Below are positions 49,422 through 57,696 of a stretch of 64,000 nucleotides of DNA, one piece after another. The stretch lies in assembly GCA_002748425.1 (NCBI GenBank), contig PDSJ01000014.1, forward strand, positions 128,021-192,020. The letters run 5' to 3'. Each line of letters opens with the position of its first letter. The first letter of the stretch is position 1. The DNA comes from a candidate division KSB3 bacterium (lineage in GTDB: Bacteria > Moduliflexota > Moduliflexia > Moduliflexales > Moduliflexaceae). Below the pieces are notes generated by a model that saw only the letters and a program-made list of their open reading frames with translations, was not told the DNA's origin and ran no database searches. The position numbers were made by a program, and so were the translations under genes.

Positions 49422-49940
49422 CTAAAATGCTATTAAGGATGTTATTCGCTCAAAGTCCGTCAACTTGTCACGACCGTTTAAGAAACTCAATTCTGCCAGA
49501 AAGGCAGCTCCCAACAGCTTAGCATCAAAATCCTGAAGCAAGTCGGAAACCGCTTTGACGGTCCCGCCTGTGGCAAGCACGTCATCGACGATCAGGACGG
49601 TTTGCCCGGATTGAATTGCGTCATCATGGACTTCCAGCGTATCTGTTCCGTACTCAAGCTCATACGTCACAGAACAGGTCGTGTACGGCAACTTACCCGG
49701 CTTTCTGACAATCACCAGGCCTGCCCCAAGCTTATATGCCAAGGCAGCCGCAAAGATAAAGCCGCGCGCTTCGATTCCGACGATGACGTCGATCGTCTTG
49801 CCGGTCCATTGATCGGCAATCCTGTCGATCGCCTGCTGAAACGCCTCTGGATCGCGCAATAACGGGGTAATATCTTTAAAAAGAATGCCTGCTGTCGGAA
49901 AATCCGGAATGTCGCGGATGCTACTCTGTAAGTCTTTCAC
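49422..49940 (-). CDS. apt: adenine phosphoribosyltransferase
   Basis: PRPP-binding motif VLIVDDVLATGGT. Conserved N-terminus (…IPDFPTAGILFKDITPLL…). Confidence 0.9.
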   Translation of the reverse strand: MKDLQSSIRDIPDFPTAGILFKDITPLLRDPEAFQQAIDRIADQWTGKTIDVIVGIEARGFIFAAALAYKLGAGLVIVRKPGKLPYTTCSVTYELEYGTDTLEVHDDAIQSGQTVLIVDDVLATGGTVKAVSDLLQDFDAKLLGAAFLAELSFLNGRDKLTDFERITSLIAF

Positions 49941-49955
49941 GCTCTCCTCCTTTGC

Positions 49956-50357
49956 TCACGATTCAGACCTGTTCGCAAATGTGGTCGATTGATTGAGAAT
50001 TTTGCCGACAATGAATTTGAGCTCGTTCTCTTTGAAGGGTTTGCTGACATATTCGATGGCTCCGAAATTCATGGCTTCAATATACGATTCGATTTCACCA
50101 TATCCTGTCAGAATAATCACCCCGATCTTTTCCTGTATTTTGCGGACCTGCTTCAATAGTTCGATGCCGCTCATCCCAGGCATGCGCATATCGGTCAGCA
50201 TCAGATCGATATGGGTCTTACGAACGATTTCGAGTGCTTTTTCCGCGTTTTCCGCGCACTCCACCGCATAGCCTTCATCCTCAAGAAGCCTGCTCAATCC
50301 TTCGCGCAGGCCTTCTTCATCATCAACGATTAAAATGACGTGTTCTTCTTTCTCCAT
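49956..50357 (-). CDS. single-domain response regulator (CheY-like receiver)
   Basis: …ILIVDDEEGLREGL…DLMLTDMRMPGMSGIELL… receiver domain with the conserved Asp. Start trimmed to MEKEEHV to avoid overlapping rlmH. Confidence 0.7.
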   Translation of the reverse strand: MEKEEHVILIVDDEEGLREGLSRLLEDEGYAVECAENAEKALEIVRKTHIDLMLTDMRMPGMSGIELLKQVRKIQEKIGVIILTGYGEIESYIEAMNFGAIEYVSKPFKENELKFIVGKILNQSTTFANRSES

Positions 50358-50367
50358 GTCCGATTTG

Positions 50368-50844
50368 CTATGCGTTATGATACGGTTCTCCGGCGATAAT
50401 ACTGAATGCCCGATATAATTGTTCGACAAAAAGAAGGCGGCATAACTGATGAGGCAGTGTCATTTTCGACAAGGCAAGGCACAAATCCGCCGAACGGAGA
50501 AAGGTCTCTGAGAACCCTGTCGCGCCTCCTGTAACAAAGACAAGACGCTTTCTATTCCCACGTATCTGCTGTTTTTCAAGAAATTTTGCAAAGTCCATGG
50601 AACAATATTCTAGGCCGCGTTCATCAAGCGCGACAATAAAATCGTGAGGAAGTAACTGCTTTTGAATCTTTTCAGATTCCCGTTTTTTTACACAAGTGTC
50701 GTTTTCTGTTTTTTTGCGTTTTTCTGCGCTCAGTTCGATGTATTCGAATCGCGTATAATGCTGTATCCGCTGGCAATACTTATCAATCAAGCGCTGTAAC
50801 GCGCGATCCTTGATTTTGCCGAGCGCCAGAAGGGTGATCGTCAT
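50368..50844 (-). CDS. rlmH: 23S rRNA (pseudouridine1915-N3)-methyltransferase
   Basis: SPOUT-fold protein with the C-terminal motif …ALSKMTLPHQLCRLLFVEQLYRAFSII… 4-nt overlap with rsfS. Confidence 0.85.
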   Translation of the reverse strand: MTITLLALGKIKDRALQRLIDKYCQRIQHYTRFEYIELSAEKRKKTENDTCVKKRESEKIQKQLLPHDFIVALDERGLEYCSMDFAKFLEKQQIRGNRKRLVFVTGGATGFSETFLRSADLCLALSKMTLPHQLCRLLFVEQLYRAFSIIAGEPYHNA

Positions 50845-51263
50845 GGTATGGAAAAATCAGGAGCCGCTTCTGTCGGGTCCTCAAATGTCGTACATGGCGC
50901 ATCTTTCCAAAGCCGTTCGAGATCATAGAACTCCCGCGCGTTTTCATGAAAAACATGTATGATCAATTCATCATAATCCATAAGTACCCAGCGAGCTTCC
51001 GACTGACCCTCAATGTGCAGAGGACGAGTTCCGCGTTCTTTCAACGCTTGTTCAATGTTGAAAACGATCGCTTTTACTTGAGTAGGAGAGTGTCCACTGC
51101 AAATCAGAAAATAATCTGCACAGGTCGTAAGCTGCGAGACGTCGAGCAGGATAATATTCTGCGCCTTTTTGTCGAGTGCCGCTTCGGCGGCACATAGCGC
51201 ACCCTCACGGGTCAAGCCTGTTACCCCTTGCTGGTGAACGTCTTGTTCTTGTTGTGATGTCAT
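50841..51263 (-). CDS. rsfS: ribosome silencing factor
   Basis: …NIILLDVSQLTTCADYFLICSGHSPTQVKAI…WVLMDYDELIIHVFH… (Iojap/RsfS family). Confidence 0.85.
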   Translation of the reverse strand: MTSQQEQDVHQQGVTGLTREGALCAAEAALDKKAQNIILLDVSQLTTCADYFLICSGHSPTQVKAIVFNIEQALKERGTRPLHIEGQSEARWVLMDYDELIIHVFHENAREFYDLERLWKDAPCTTFEDPTEAAPDFSIP

Positions 51264-52265
51264 CTATTCCGTTGGGTAAAGTAGTTTGCTGATGTGTTGT
51301 ATGACTGGGCCGACCCCTTTGCCGCTGACTGCTGAAATCGCATAACACGGCATCTCTTCCTGTTCGCAAAAGTGTTTCAGTTGTTGGAGGCGCTTGTCAT
51401 CGCGCAATGCATCGAGTTTATTGGCAACGACAATTTGAGGCCGCCGGCATAAATCCGGATCGTATTGTTCCAGTTCAGTCGTGATCGTGACAAAGTCATC
51501 GATCGGATCGCGCTCGGTGTCAGAGGAGATATCGATCAAATGAACGAACATGCGCGTACGCTCGATGTGACGCAGGAATTGAAAACCGAGTCCTGTCCCG
51601 ACAGAAGCTCCTTCGATCAGACCAGGAATGTCGACCACAACAAAACTGCGATAATCCGATACCCGCACAACCCCTAAATTCGGAACAAGCGTGGTAAAGG
51701 GATAGTTCGCAATTTTTGGACGCGCTGCTGAAATTCTCGAAATCAGCGTTGACTTACCGACGTTTGGCAAGCCGATAATTCCCACATCAGCCAACAACTT
51801 TAATTCAAGTTGCAGGACACGTTCTTCTCCGGGCCATCCGGGCTCGGTACGCCGGGGTGCTTGATTCGTTGCAGATTTAAAACGAGCGTTCCCGCGTCCG
51901 CCGTCACCGCCCTTAGCAGCAAGAAACTGTTCATACGGCGTTGAAAGATCCGCCAGTAACTCACCACTCTCACGAAGTTTTACAATTGTACCCGGGGGAA
52001 TGCGAACGATCAAATCGTCAGCATTTTTCCCATGCTTGTTGCTGCCTTTGCCATGTGCTCCGCGTTCAGCCTTATATCGCCTTTTATAGCGGAGGTCCAC
52101 TAAGGTCGAGAGTTGAGGGTCCACTTCGAAAATAACATGGCCTCCACGACCACCGTCTCCGCCGTCCGGGCCACCTTGTGGGACAAATTTTTCTCGATGG
52201 AAGCTCAGACATCCATTGCCTCCATCACCGGCTTTGACCCGGATCTCTATTTCATCAATGAACAT
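51264..52265 (-). CDS. obg: GTPase ObgE/CgtA
   Basis: MFIDEIEIRVKAGDGGNGCLSFHREKFVPQGGPDGGDGGRGG Obg fold N-terminus, followed by G1-G4 GTPase motifs (GLPNVGKST, DIPGLIEGA, ANKLD). Confidence 0.92.
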   Translation of the reverse strand: MFIDEIEIRVKAGDGGNGCLSFHREKFVPQGGPDGGDGGRGGHVIFEVDPQLSTLVDLRYKRRYKAERGAHGKGSNKHGKNADDLIVRIPPGTIVKLRESGELLADLSTPYEQFLAAKGGDGGRGNARFKSATNQAPRRTEPGWPGEERVLQLELKLLADVGIIGLPNVGKSTLISRISAARPKIANYPFTTLVPNLGVVRVSDYRSFVVVDIPGLIEGASVGTGLGFQFLRHIERTRMFVHLIDISSDTERDPIDDFVTITTELEQYDPDLCRRPQIVVANKLDALRDDKRLQQLKHFCEQEEMPCYAISAVSGKGVGPVIQHISKLLYPTE

Positions 52266-52535
52266 TTACGCAGATTGCGCCACTTGCGGGCGGATATGGA
52301 TAAAACGCCGTCCTTTGCCTTTGTTGACAAACTCGACGACTCCGTCAACTTTTGCAAACAACGTATCATCTTTTCCCCGTCCGACATTGTTTCCTGGTTT
52401 GAAGACGGTGCCGCGCTGCCGCACCAGGATGCTTCCGCCGGTCACAAGCTGTCCGGCAAAACGTTTTACTCCCAGTCGCTTTGCATTGCTATCGCGTCCG
52501 TTCCGTGAGCTTCCGCCGCCTTTTTTATGTGCCAT
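52266..52535 (-). CDS. rpmA: 50S ribosomal protein bL27
   Basis: [26 protein letters not shown]… Stop codon abuts the obg start. Confidence 0.92.
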   Translation of the reverse strand: MAHKKGGGSSRNGRDSNAKRLGVKRFAGQLVTGGSILVRQRGTVFKPGNNVGRGKDDTLFAKVDGVVEFVNKGKGRRFIHIRPQVAQSA

Positions 52536-52561
52536 GGTTCCAGACTCCCTTCAATAATTTT

Positions 52562-52876
52562 TTATGCAGCTATGGCTTTAATTTTGATTGCCGTATAACG
52601 CTGACGATGACCTTGTTTTCGCTGATAATTCTTTTTTCGTTTATACTTAAAGACAATAATTTTTTTGGCTTTGCCCTGTTCGATCACTTCAGCAGTGACT
52701 GATGCGTTGTCGACATACGGATGGCCTACTTTGATCACATCGTCATCTGTTTTCACCAGCATCACTTTGTCGAACACGACTTCAGCACCAGGATCTGCAT
52801 GTAATGTATCGACCCGGATAATTTCACCTTCGGTGACTTTATGCTGTTTACCACCTGTTTCAATAACCGCGTACAC
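52562..52876 (-). CDS. rplU: 50S ribosomal protein bL21
   Basis: GTG start giving (M)[13 protein letters not shown]…. RBS GGAGGGAG 6 nt upstream. The ORF-track N-terminal extension was rejected. Confidence 0.85.
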   Translation of the reverse strand: MYAVIETGGKQHKVTEGEIIRVDTLHADPGAEVVFDKVMLVKTDDDVIKVGHPYVDNASVTAEVIEQGKAKKIIVFKYKRKKNYQRKQGHRQRYTAIKIKAIAA

Positions 52877-53005
52877 GATAATCTCCCTCCAAAAGATTGA
52901 TATATCCTGCGCCTTTGTGGAAAAGGAGGCGCATGTCTGAAAACACAGGGCACGTAACACGCTGTCAAAAATTCTGTCAAGTCTTTTCTCGTTCCGATCT
53001 TTGCA

Positions 53006-53926
53006 TCACATTGTATTCTGCTGGCCTGCTTTTTGTGTGTAAGAGGCGTCGCTCTCCCAAAAAGCCGCGTACTTTGCTGCAAGCTGCCGGCAGAATAATC
53101 GAAAATCTTCGGAGCAGTATGAAAAGAAAGGGCTGTTTACCCACAAGATTAACAGGCGTGTGAGAAGGCGAGAAAGCTTTGGGGAATAGCGGTCTTGAAG
53201 CTCGGGGTGTGCGTGGAGCAGATAGGCCAGGGAGTGCCCAGCATTTTTTTGCCGGGCGACAACCATGTCGGCGTCATAGCGATGAACGTGATAGACACAG
53301 GATTCAGGATTGTAGAGGAGCGTAGAGCCACGCTGTGCCAGGCGATAGCCGAGTTCAATATCTTCATACGCTGCAAAGGGAAAGCGCTCGTCAAAGAGAC
53401 AATACTGCAAGACGCGCCGTGGAACCAGAACGTTCGCTGTGCAGAATTTGTGAAAGCCCAGGTGCTCTTCCGGCTCCAGATCGTCGTATCCGACATCAAA
53501 TGCAAGCCGCTTGGTCCAGGGGCCGAACAACAGCCTGTTGGGTGTCTCCGGAGCCCAGTCCAACTTCCCCAGAATGCAGCAATTGGGATGTCTGGCCGCA
53601 AAAGAGAGATGCTGCTCTAAAAATATCGAACGAGTCGGCCTGGTGTCGTCGTTGATAAAGAGAATATATTCTTCCTCAGATGCCAGAATGCCTTTATTGC
53701 GCGCGGCAGCCGGGCCTCTTTGCGGCGCGTTTGAAAGGCAGTGAATCGACAGACGGCGTTGCTGACAAAAAGCCTGAATCGTTGACCAGTCGTCTGGCGG
53801 GTTGCCGTCATCAATAATGACAATTCGTTCTGCTTGAACGCTTTGGGTTTCGAGGGCCAAAAGTGTTTGCTGCAATTCCCTGAAGCGCTTCGCTGTGGGG
53901 ATGACAATGGAGACTGTTGGTCTCAT
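53006..53926 (-). CDS. glycosyltransferase family 2
   Basis: MRPTVSIVIPTAKR…RIVIIDDGNPPDD. GT2 N-terminal fold with a DxD-like region. Confidence 0.7.
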   Translation of the reverse strand: MRPTVSIVIPTAKRFRELQQTLLALETQSVQAERIVIIDDGNPPDDWSTIQAFCQQRRLSIHCLSNAPQRGPAAARNKGILASEEEYILFINDDTRPTRSIFLEQHLSFAARHPNCCILGKLDWAPETPNRLLFGPWTKRLAFDVGYDDLEPEEHLGFHKFCTANVLVPRRVLQYCLFDERFPFAAYEDIELGYRLAQRGSTLLYNPESCVYHVHRYDADMVVARQKNAGHSLAYLLHAHPELQDRYSPKLSRLLTRLLILWVNSPFFSYCSEDFRLFCRQLAAKYAAFWESDASYTQKAGQQNTM

Positions 53927-54084
53927 GAGGACTGTAGAAATTTTAGAGGTACACGGATATTTACGATCTTCGCAAAAGTCCTTGACAGACGAGATGATAT
54001 CATAGCGACATCAAAGATGAAAAGTCAATAAAAAATTATGGCAGAGAACGTAGAAGCTGCATAACATTGCTCGGTTATAGAAGA

Positions 54085-54921
54085 ATGTCATTGCCTTTGA
54101 TGAGTATTGTGACCCCGTCATTCAACCAGCTGATTTTTCTCAAGGTCTGCGTTGCCGGCATTGAGATGCAGGCGTATCCGCTGGTCGAGCAGATTGTGCT
54201 GGACGGTGGGTCGACCGACGGGACAAAAGAATATCTTGCAAAGAAACCGGGGCATGTGACCTGCTGGCGCAGTCATCCTGATAAAGGGCAAACTCAGGCG
54301 CTCAACGAAGGCTTTGCCAAGGTCTCAGGCGATTGGATCGGCTGGCAGAATTCGGACGACTTTTATTATCCCGGCGCGTTCTGGCGAATTGCGGATATAA
54401 GCCGGCAAGCTCCTGAAGTACAGGTTGTTGCCGGAGATACTGCCATTGTCGATGAGCACGGTGTCAAAAAAAATCTGGTGGGTATTGCGCCTGTGCCAGC
54501 CAAAACATGGCTGCAAGGATACTGGCCCTACAATCAATCTCTCTTTATTCGGCGTAGCCTGCTAGAGCAGGTCATGCCACTTGACGAACGTTTTCATCTG
54601 CATATGGACATTGAGCTCTTTGCCAAAATTGCCGTCTTGGAGCCGAAAGTCGCCTATATCAACTCTCCTCTTGGCGCATTCCGGAAATACACGGGTATTA
54701 AAACCGATAATCCGCACTATGAAGAACAGCGCCAATGGGAACGCGCGGCATTACGGGAACGCTTCCAGGAGCCGATGTGGCCGGGAACAGGCTGGCGTTA
54801 TCAGCGCTTTCGCGCGAAGTTTCATGTAGAAGCGCTTCGGAGCTGGGGCTGGAAAGCCTTGGCGAAAAGAGCGGCCAATGTAGCGGACAGGAGCGGATGT
54901 GACTTTTTGATTCGATCGTGA
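54085..54921 (+). CDS. glycosyltransferase family 2
   Basis: MSLPLMSIVTPSFNQ…QIVLDGGSTDGT (GT2, WcaA-like). First ATG used. Confidence 0.7.
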   Translation: MSLPLMSIVTPSFNQLIFLKVCVAGIEMQAYPLVEQIVLDGGSTDGTKEYLAKKPGHVTCWRSHPDKGQTQALNEGFAKVSGDWIGWQNSDDFYYPGAFWRIADISRQAPEVQVVAGDTAIVDEHGVKKNLVGIAPVPAKTWLQGYWPYNQSLFIRRSLLEQVMPLDERFHLHMDIELFAKIAVLEPKVAYINSPLGAFRKYTGIKTDNPHYEEQRQWERAALRERFQEPMWPGTGWRYQRFRAKFHVEALRSWGWKALAKRAANVADRSGCDFLIRS

Positions 54922-54926
54922 AGCTC

Positions 54927-56156
54927 CTATTCTGCCTGGAGGAGCGCTTGGTAGACAGCATTATAACGTTGTGCCTGCAATGTTGCAGGATATTCTGCCT
55001 CTGCAATCTTTCGGCATTGTGTTCCCAAGTGTTCACGCAGCTTCTTATCTTCAAGCAATTGAATTATGCCTGCGCAAAAATCATCAACATCACACGGAGA
55101 CGCCAGATAGCCCGTGACCCCTGGACGTACAAGATCCGGAACACCGCCGACATGAAATGAGACCATTGGGGTTCCGCAGGCCATGCTTTCCTGCAGCACA
55201 ACCGGAAGATTATCTGCCCGGGTCGGAAAGAGAAAGAGGTCGGCCGCAGAATAGACGATGGCTTTGAGTTGATCGCTGCCCACATAGCCTAAGTTTACGG
55301 TTGGAATACCCAGCTCTGAGGCAAGTGTCTCTCCGCCGTAGCCAATCATCAGGAGCAGTATCTCGGACTTCAGACGTTGTGGGAGTTTGTGAAGCGCCTG
55401 AGAGAAGAGATCGCCGCCTTTACGCAACGCGTTTAAACTGTGGGCTACAAACATGAGTACCCGTTTTTTCGGGGAGATCCCGAGGAGGTCGCGGCATTTT
55501 TCAGGTTCAAGGGGTTTATAGCGTGTTACATCAATGCCGTTTGGGATATGATGGATTTTGAAATTTCTCAACATGCTCTGTCCGGCCAGTTTGGCGAGCC
55601 ATGTACTGGGCGCAACAATGCTGAGTTTTGAACGTGCATAGGCCCAGTGTTTCAGTTTCCATTCCTGTTGTGTGGCATCCCGTTGTATGGGGGGATGTTC
55701 ATGAGGGAACGGGCAGTTCCCACAACCGGTTTGCCAGCGTGTGCAGTCGTAACTATACCCGCAGTGCCCGGTAAAACTCCACATATCATGCAGGGTCAAT
55801 AGCGATGCTTTCTGTTGTGTAAGCGCCGGGATAGCCAGATAGTTAAAGTAGTCTGTATGCAAATTATGAAAATTGAGAATCGCGGCTTCTTGATAAAAAG
55901 GATGGCGGAGAATTTTCCAGCTACTGATGAGCTGGATATAGTTCAGCCCGATGCGGCGGGTGATGAAAGACACTTGTTTCTCCGGGAGAGAAATCGGCGG
56001 CGTGGCGGCAACATGCGGATCATCGGTTTTCACCACTCCGGCCAGAAGACGAGAATGCACCCCTTGGGCCCGTAAGGCTCTGTGAAGTCGGTATGCGGCA
56101 ATTGCCGCCCCGCCGGAGATGTCTGACTGATTGATGTGAAGAACAGTAAGCGGCAT
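54927..56156 (-). CDS. glycosyltransferase family 4 (GT-B, retaining)
   Basis: N-terminal GT4 domain (…HINQSDISGGAA…). C-terminal Glycos_transf_1 region with an E…E motif. Confidence 0.75.
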   Translation of the reverse strand: MPLTVLHINQSDISGGAAIAAYRLHRALRAQGVHSRLLAGVVKTDDPHVAATPPISLPEKQVSFITRRIGLNYIQLISSWKILRHPFYQEAAILNFHNLHTDYFNYLAIPALTQQKASLLTLHDMWSFTGHCGYSYDCTRWQTGCGNCPFPHEHPPIQRDATQQEWKLKHWAYARSKLSIVAPSTWLAKLAGQSMLRNFKIHHIPNGIDVTRYKPLEPEKCRDLLGISPKKRVLMFVAHSLNALRKGGDLFSQALHKLPQRLKSEILLLMIGYGGETLASELGIPTVNLGYVGSDQLKAIVYSAADLFLFPTRADNLPVVLQESMACGTPMVSFHVGGVPDLVRPGVTGYLASPCDVDDFCAGIIQLLEDKKLREHLGTQCRKIAEAEYPATLQAQRYNAVYQALLQAE

Positions 56157-56170
56157 GCTGTGTCGTCGAG

Positions 56171-57025
56171 TTAGAGAGCCTGACGATAGCCGAAGATATT
56201 CAGGTTCATATCGATTCCTGAGCGATCCGGGCAGGCCAGCAACGGTTGAGGAGCTGCAAATTGATTGTGAACATGGACTCTGAAACCTGCATATCTCAGT
56301 ACGCGCAGCAGTTCATCCAGCCTTTGCTCCTGCTTGCTGAAAGAGTGATATTCAACAAAAATATTTTCAACGCCTTCCAGCTGATCTTCGCAATCTAACA
56401 GAACTTCTGTTTCAGCACCCTCAATATCGATTTTTAAAAAATCGATTATTTTGTGCTCGATAAGATAATCCCGCAGGCGCACAGCAGACACCTGAATCAT
56501 GCGCTCCGACGCTGTTCCGGGGTTGCAAAGAATTCGTCCTCCGTCTGCTCCTTCTTGTAAGAAGGTCAGAGAGCTCTCTGAGATCCATAGAGCTTTATTG
56601 ACAAGATGGACATCGTGACAGTGAAAGCTTGTCAAGTTATGTTGAAGGATCTTGAAAAGCTCTGGATCCGCTTCAAACGAGATAATCTTGCTTTGAGGAT
56701 ACATGCGTTTGAAGTAAATTGTGCCGAGTCCCAGGTTGGCGCCGCAATCAAGAATGACAGGTTCCTGTTTGTCAGTCTTAAAGGCATAAATTTGATGGGA
56801 GATAATTTCTTGATAACTATAGAAGAACGATTTTCCATCAGGCACAATGAGCGGGGGGCCTAAAAGTGTTGTTGAGATTCGGCTGTAGCGTGGCTTTCGA
56901 CGAATCTTTTCTAACTGCCGGTAGCGCGGGCTTGCCATGTATGTAAGCCAATGTTTGAGATGAGGCATCATCTTAAACTGTTGCTGCGCCACCTTCGAAG
57001 GGTGTGAAAACAAAAAATTCATCAT
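56171..57025 (-). CDS. FkbM-family methyltransferase
   Basis: …VILDCGANLGLGTIYF… SAM-binding motif typical of FkbM-domain methyltransferases found in polysaccharide loci. Confidence 0.7.
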   Translation of the reverse strand: MMNFLFSHPSKVAQQQFKMMPHLKHWLTYMASPRYRQLEKIRRKPRYSRISTTLLGPPLIVPDGKSFFYSYQEIISHQIYAFKTDKQEPVILDCGANLGLGTIYFKRMYPQSKIISFEADPELFKILQHNLTSFHCHDVHLVNKALWISESSLTFLQEGADGGRILCNPGTASERMIQVSAVRLRDYLIEHKIIDFLKIDIEGAETEVLLDCEDQLEGVENIFVEYHSFSKQEQRLDELLRVLRYAGFRVHVHNQFAAPQPLLACPDRSGIDMNLNIFGYRQAL

Positions 57026-57106
57026 AAATCGAGTTTAATGAAATGTGATGGCCTCGTAAAAACTTCACGCGGCCATTTTACACAGAAACCCTCACCCATC
57101 TTCTGT

Positions 57107-57532
57107 TCAGGAAGTCAGTTGATCGATTCCGCTGATTTTGTACACTACCGCGCCTTCTTCCAAATCATCGTCAGATATTCGGGCATAGCCCTTTTGCACC
57201 AAATTCGCCAGAATAATTTCAGCAGTTTCAAGCGTGATATTCAGGGCGATTGAAAGGGATGGCGCTGTCAGTTCACCTTTTTGCGTGCTGGCAAATAGCA
57301 ATGCTTCACGAACAGGAAGTTTATACGTAGAAAGCAACGCGACGACACCGCCAATAATGAAAGGCGTTCCCAGGGCAAAGGCCCAGGGACCGGTTAACCA
57401 GATCGGAAATCTCCAGCCGGCGTCAAGATAAGTGATACCTCCCAGCAAAATCGCTCCCCAACTATACATTTTCCGTCTTCTACGACGAAGGTTGAGGCGT
57501 TTAACATATTCAAGAGTTGAGGTCTGTGGCAT
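57107..57532 (-). CDS. small membrane protein with soluble C-terminal domain (hypothetical)
   Basis: Two or three predicted TM helices followed by a ~50-aa helical soluble tail. Immediately downstream of the SPFH gene, possibly an NfeD-like partner. Not recognised by motif. Confidence 0.35.
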   Translation of the reverse strand: MPQTSTLEYVKRLNLRRRRRKMYSWGAILLGGITYLDAGWRFPIWLTGPWAFALGTPFIIGGVVALLSTYKLPVREALLFASTQKGELTAPSLSIALNITLETAEIILANLVQKGYARISDDDLEEGAVVYKISGIDQLTS

Positions 57533-57696
57533 AATAAAGTATTTAAAACAACGAGATTTAAAACAACGAGCTAAAAAACTCTGATTTCCTTTTTCAGAAG
57601 CAAGAGCCCGCTTTTCGCAGCCGCCTGCATCTTAGAATACAAGCTGTATGCAGAGGCCGCCCAGCAGAGCTGCCACCGCATACATCCAGCTAAGGA

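Noticed and set aside
52562-52960. N-terminally extended 132-aa version of rplU from the ORF track
   Set aside because: bL21 universally begins [13 protein letters not shown] with GGAGGGAG RBS gives exactly that start. The extension has no support.
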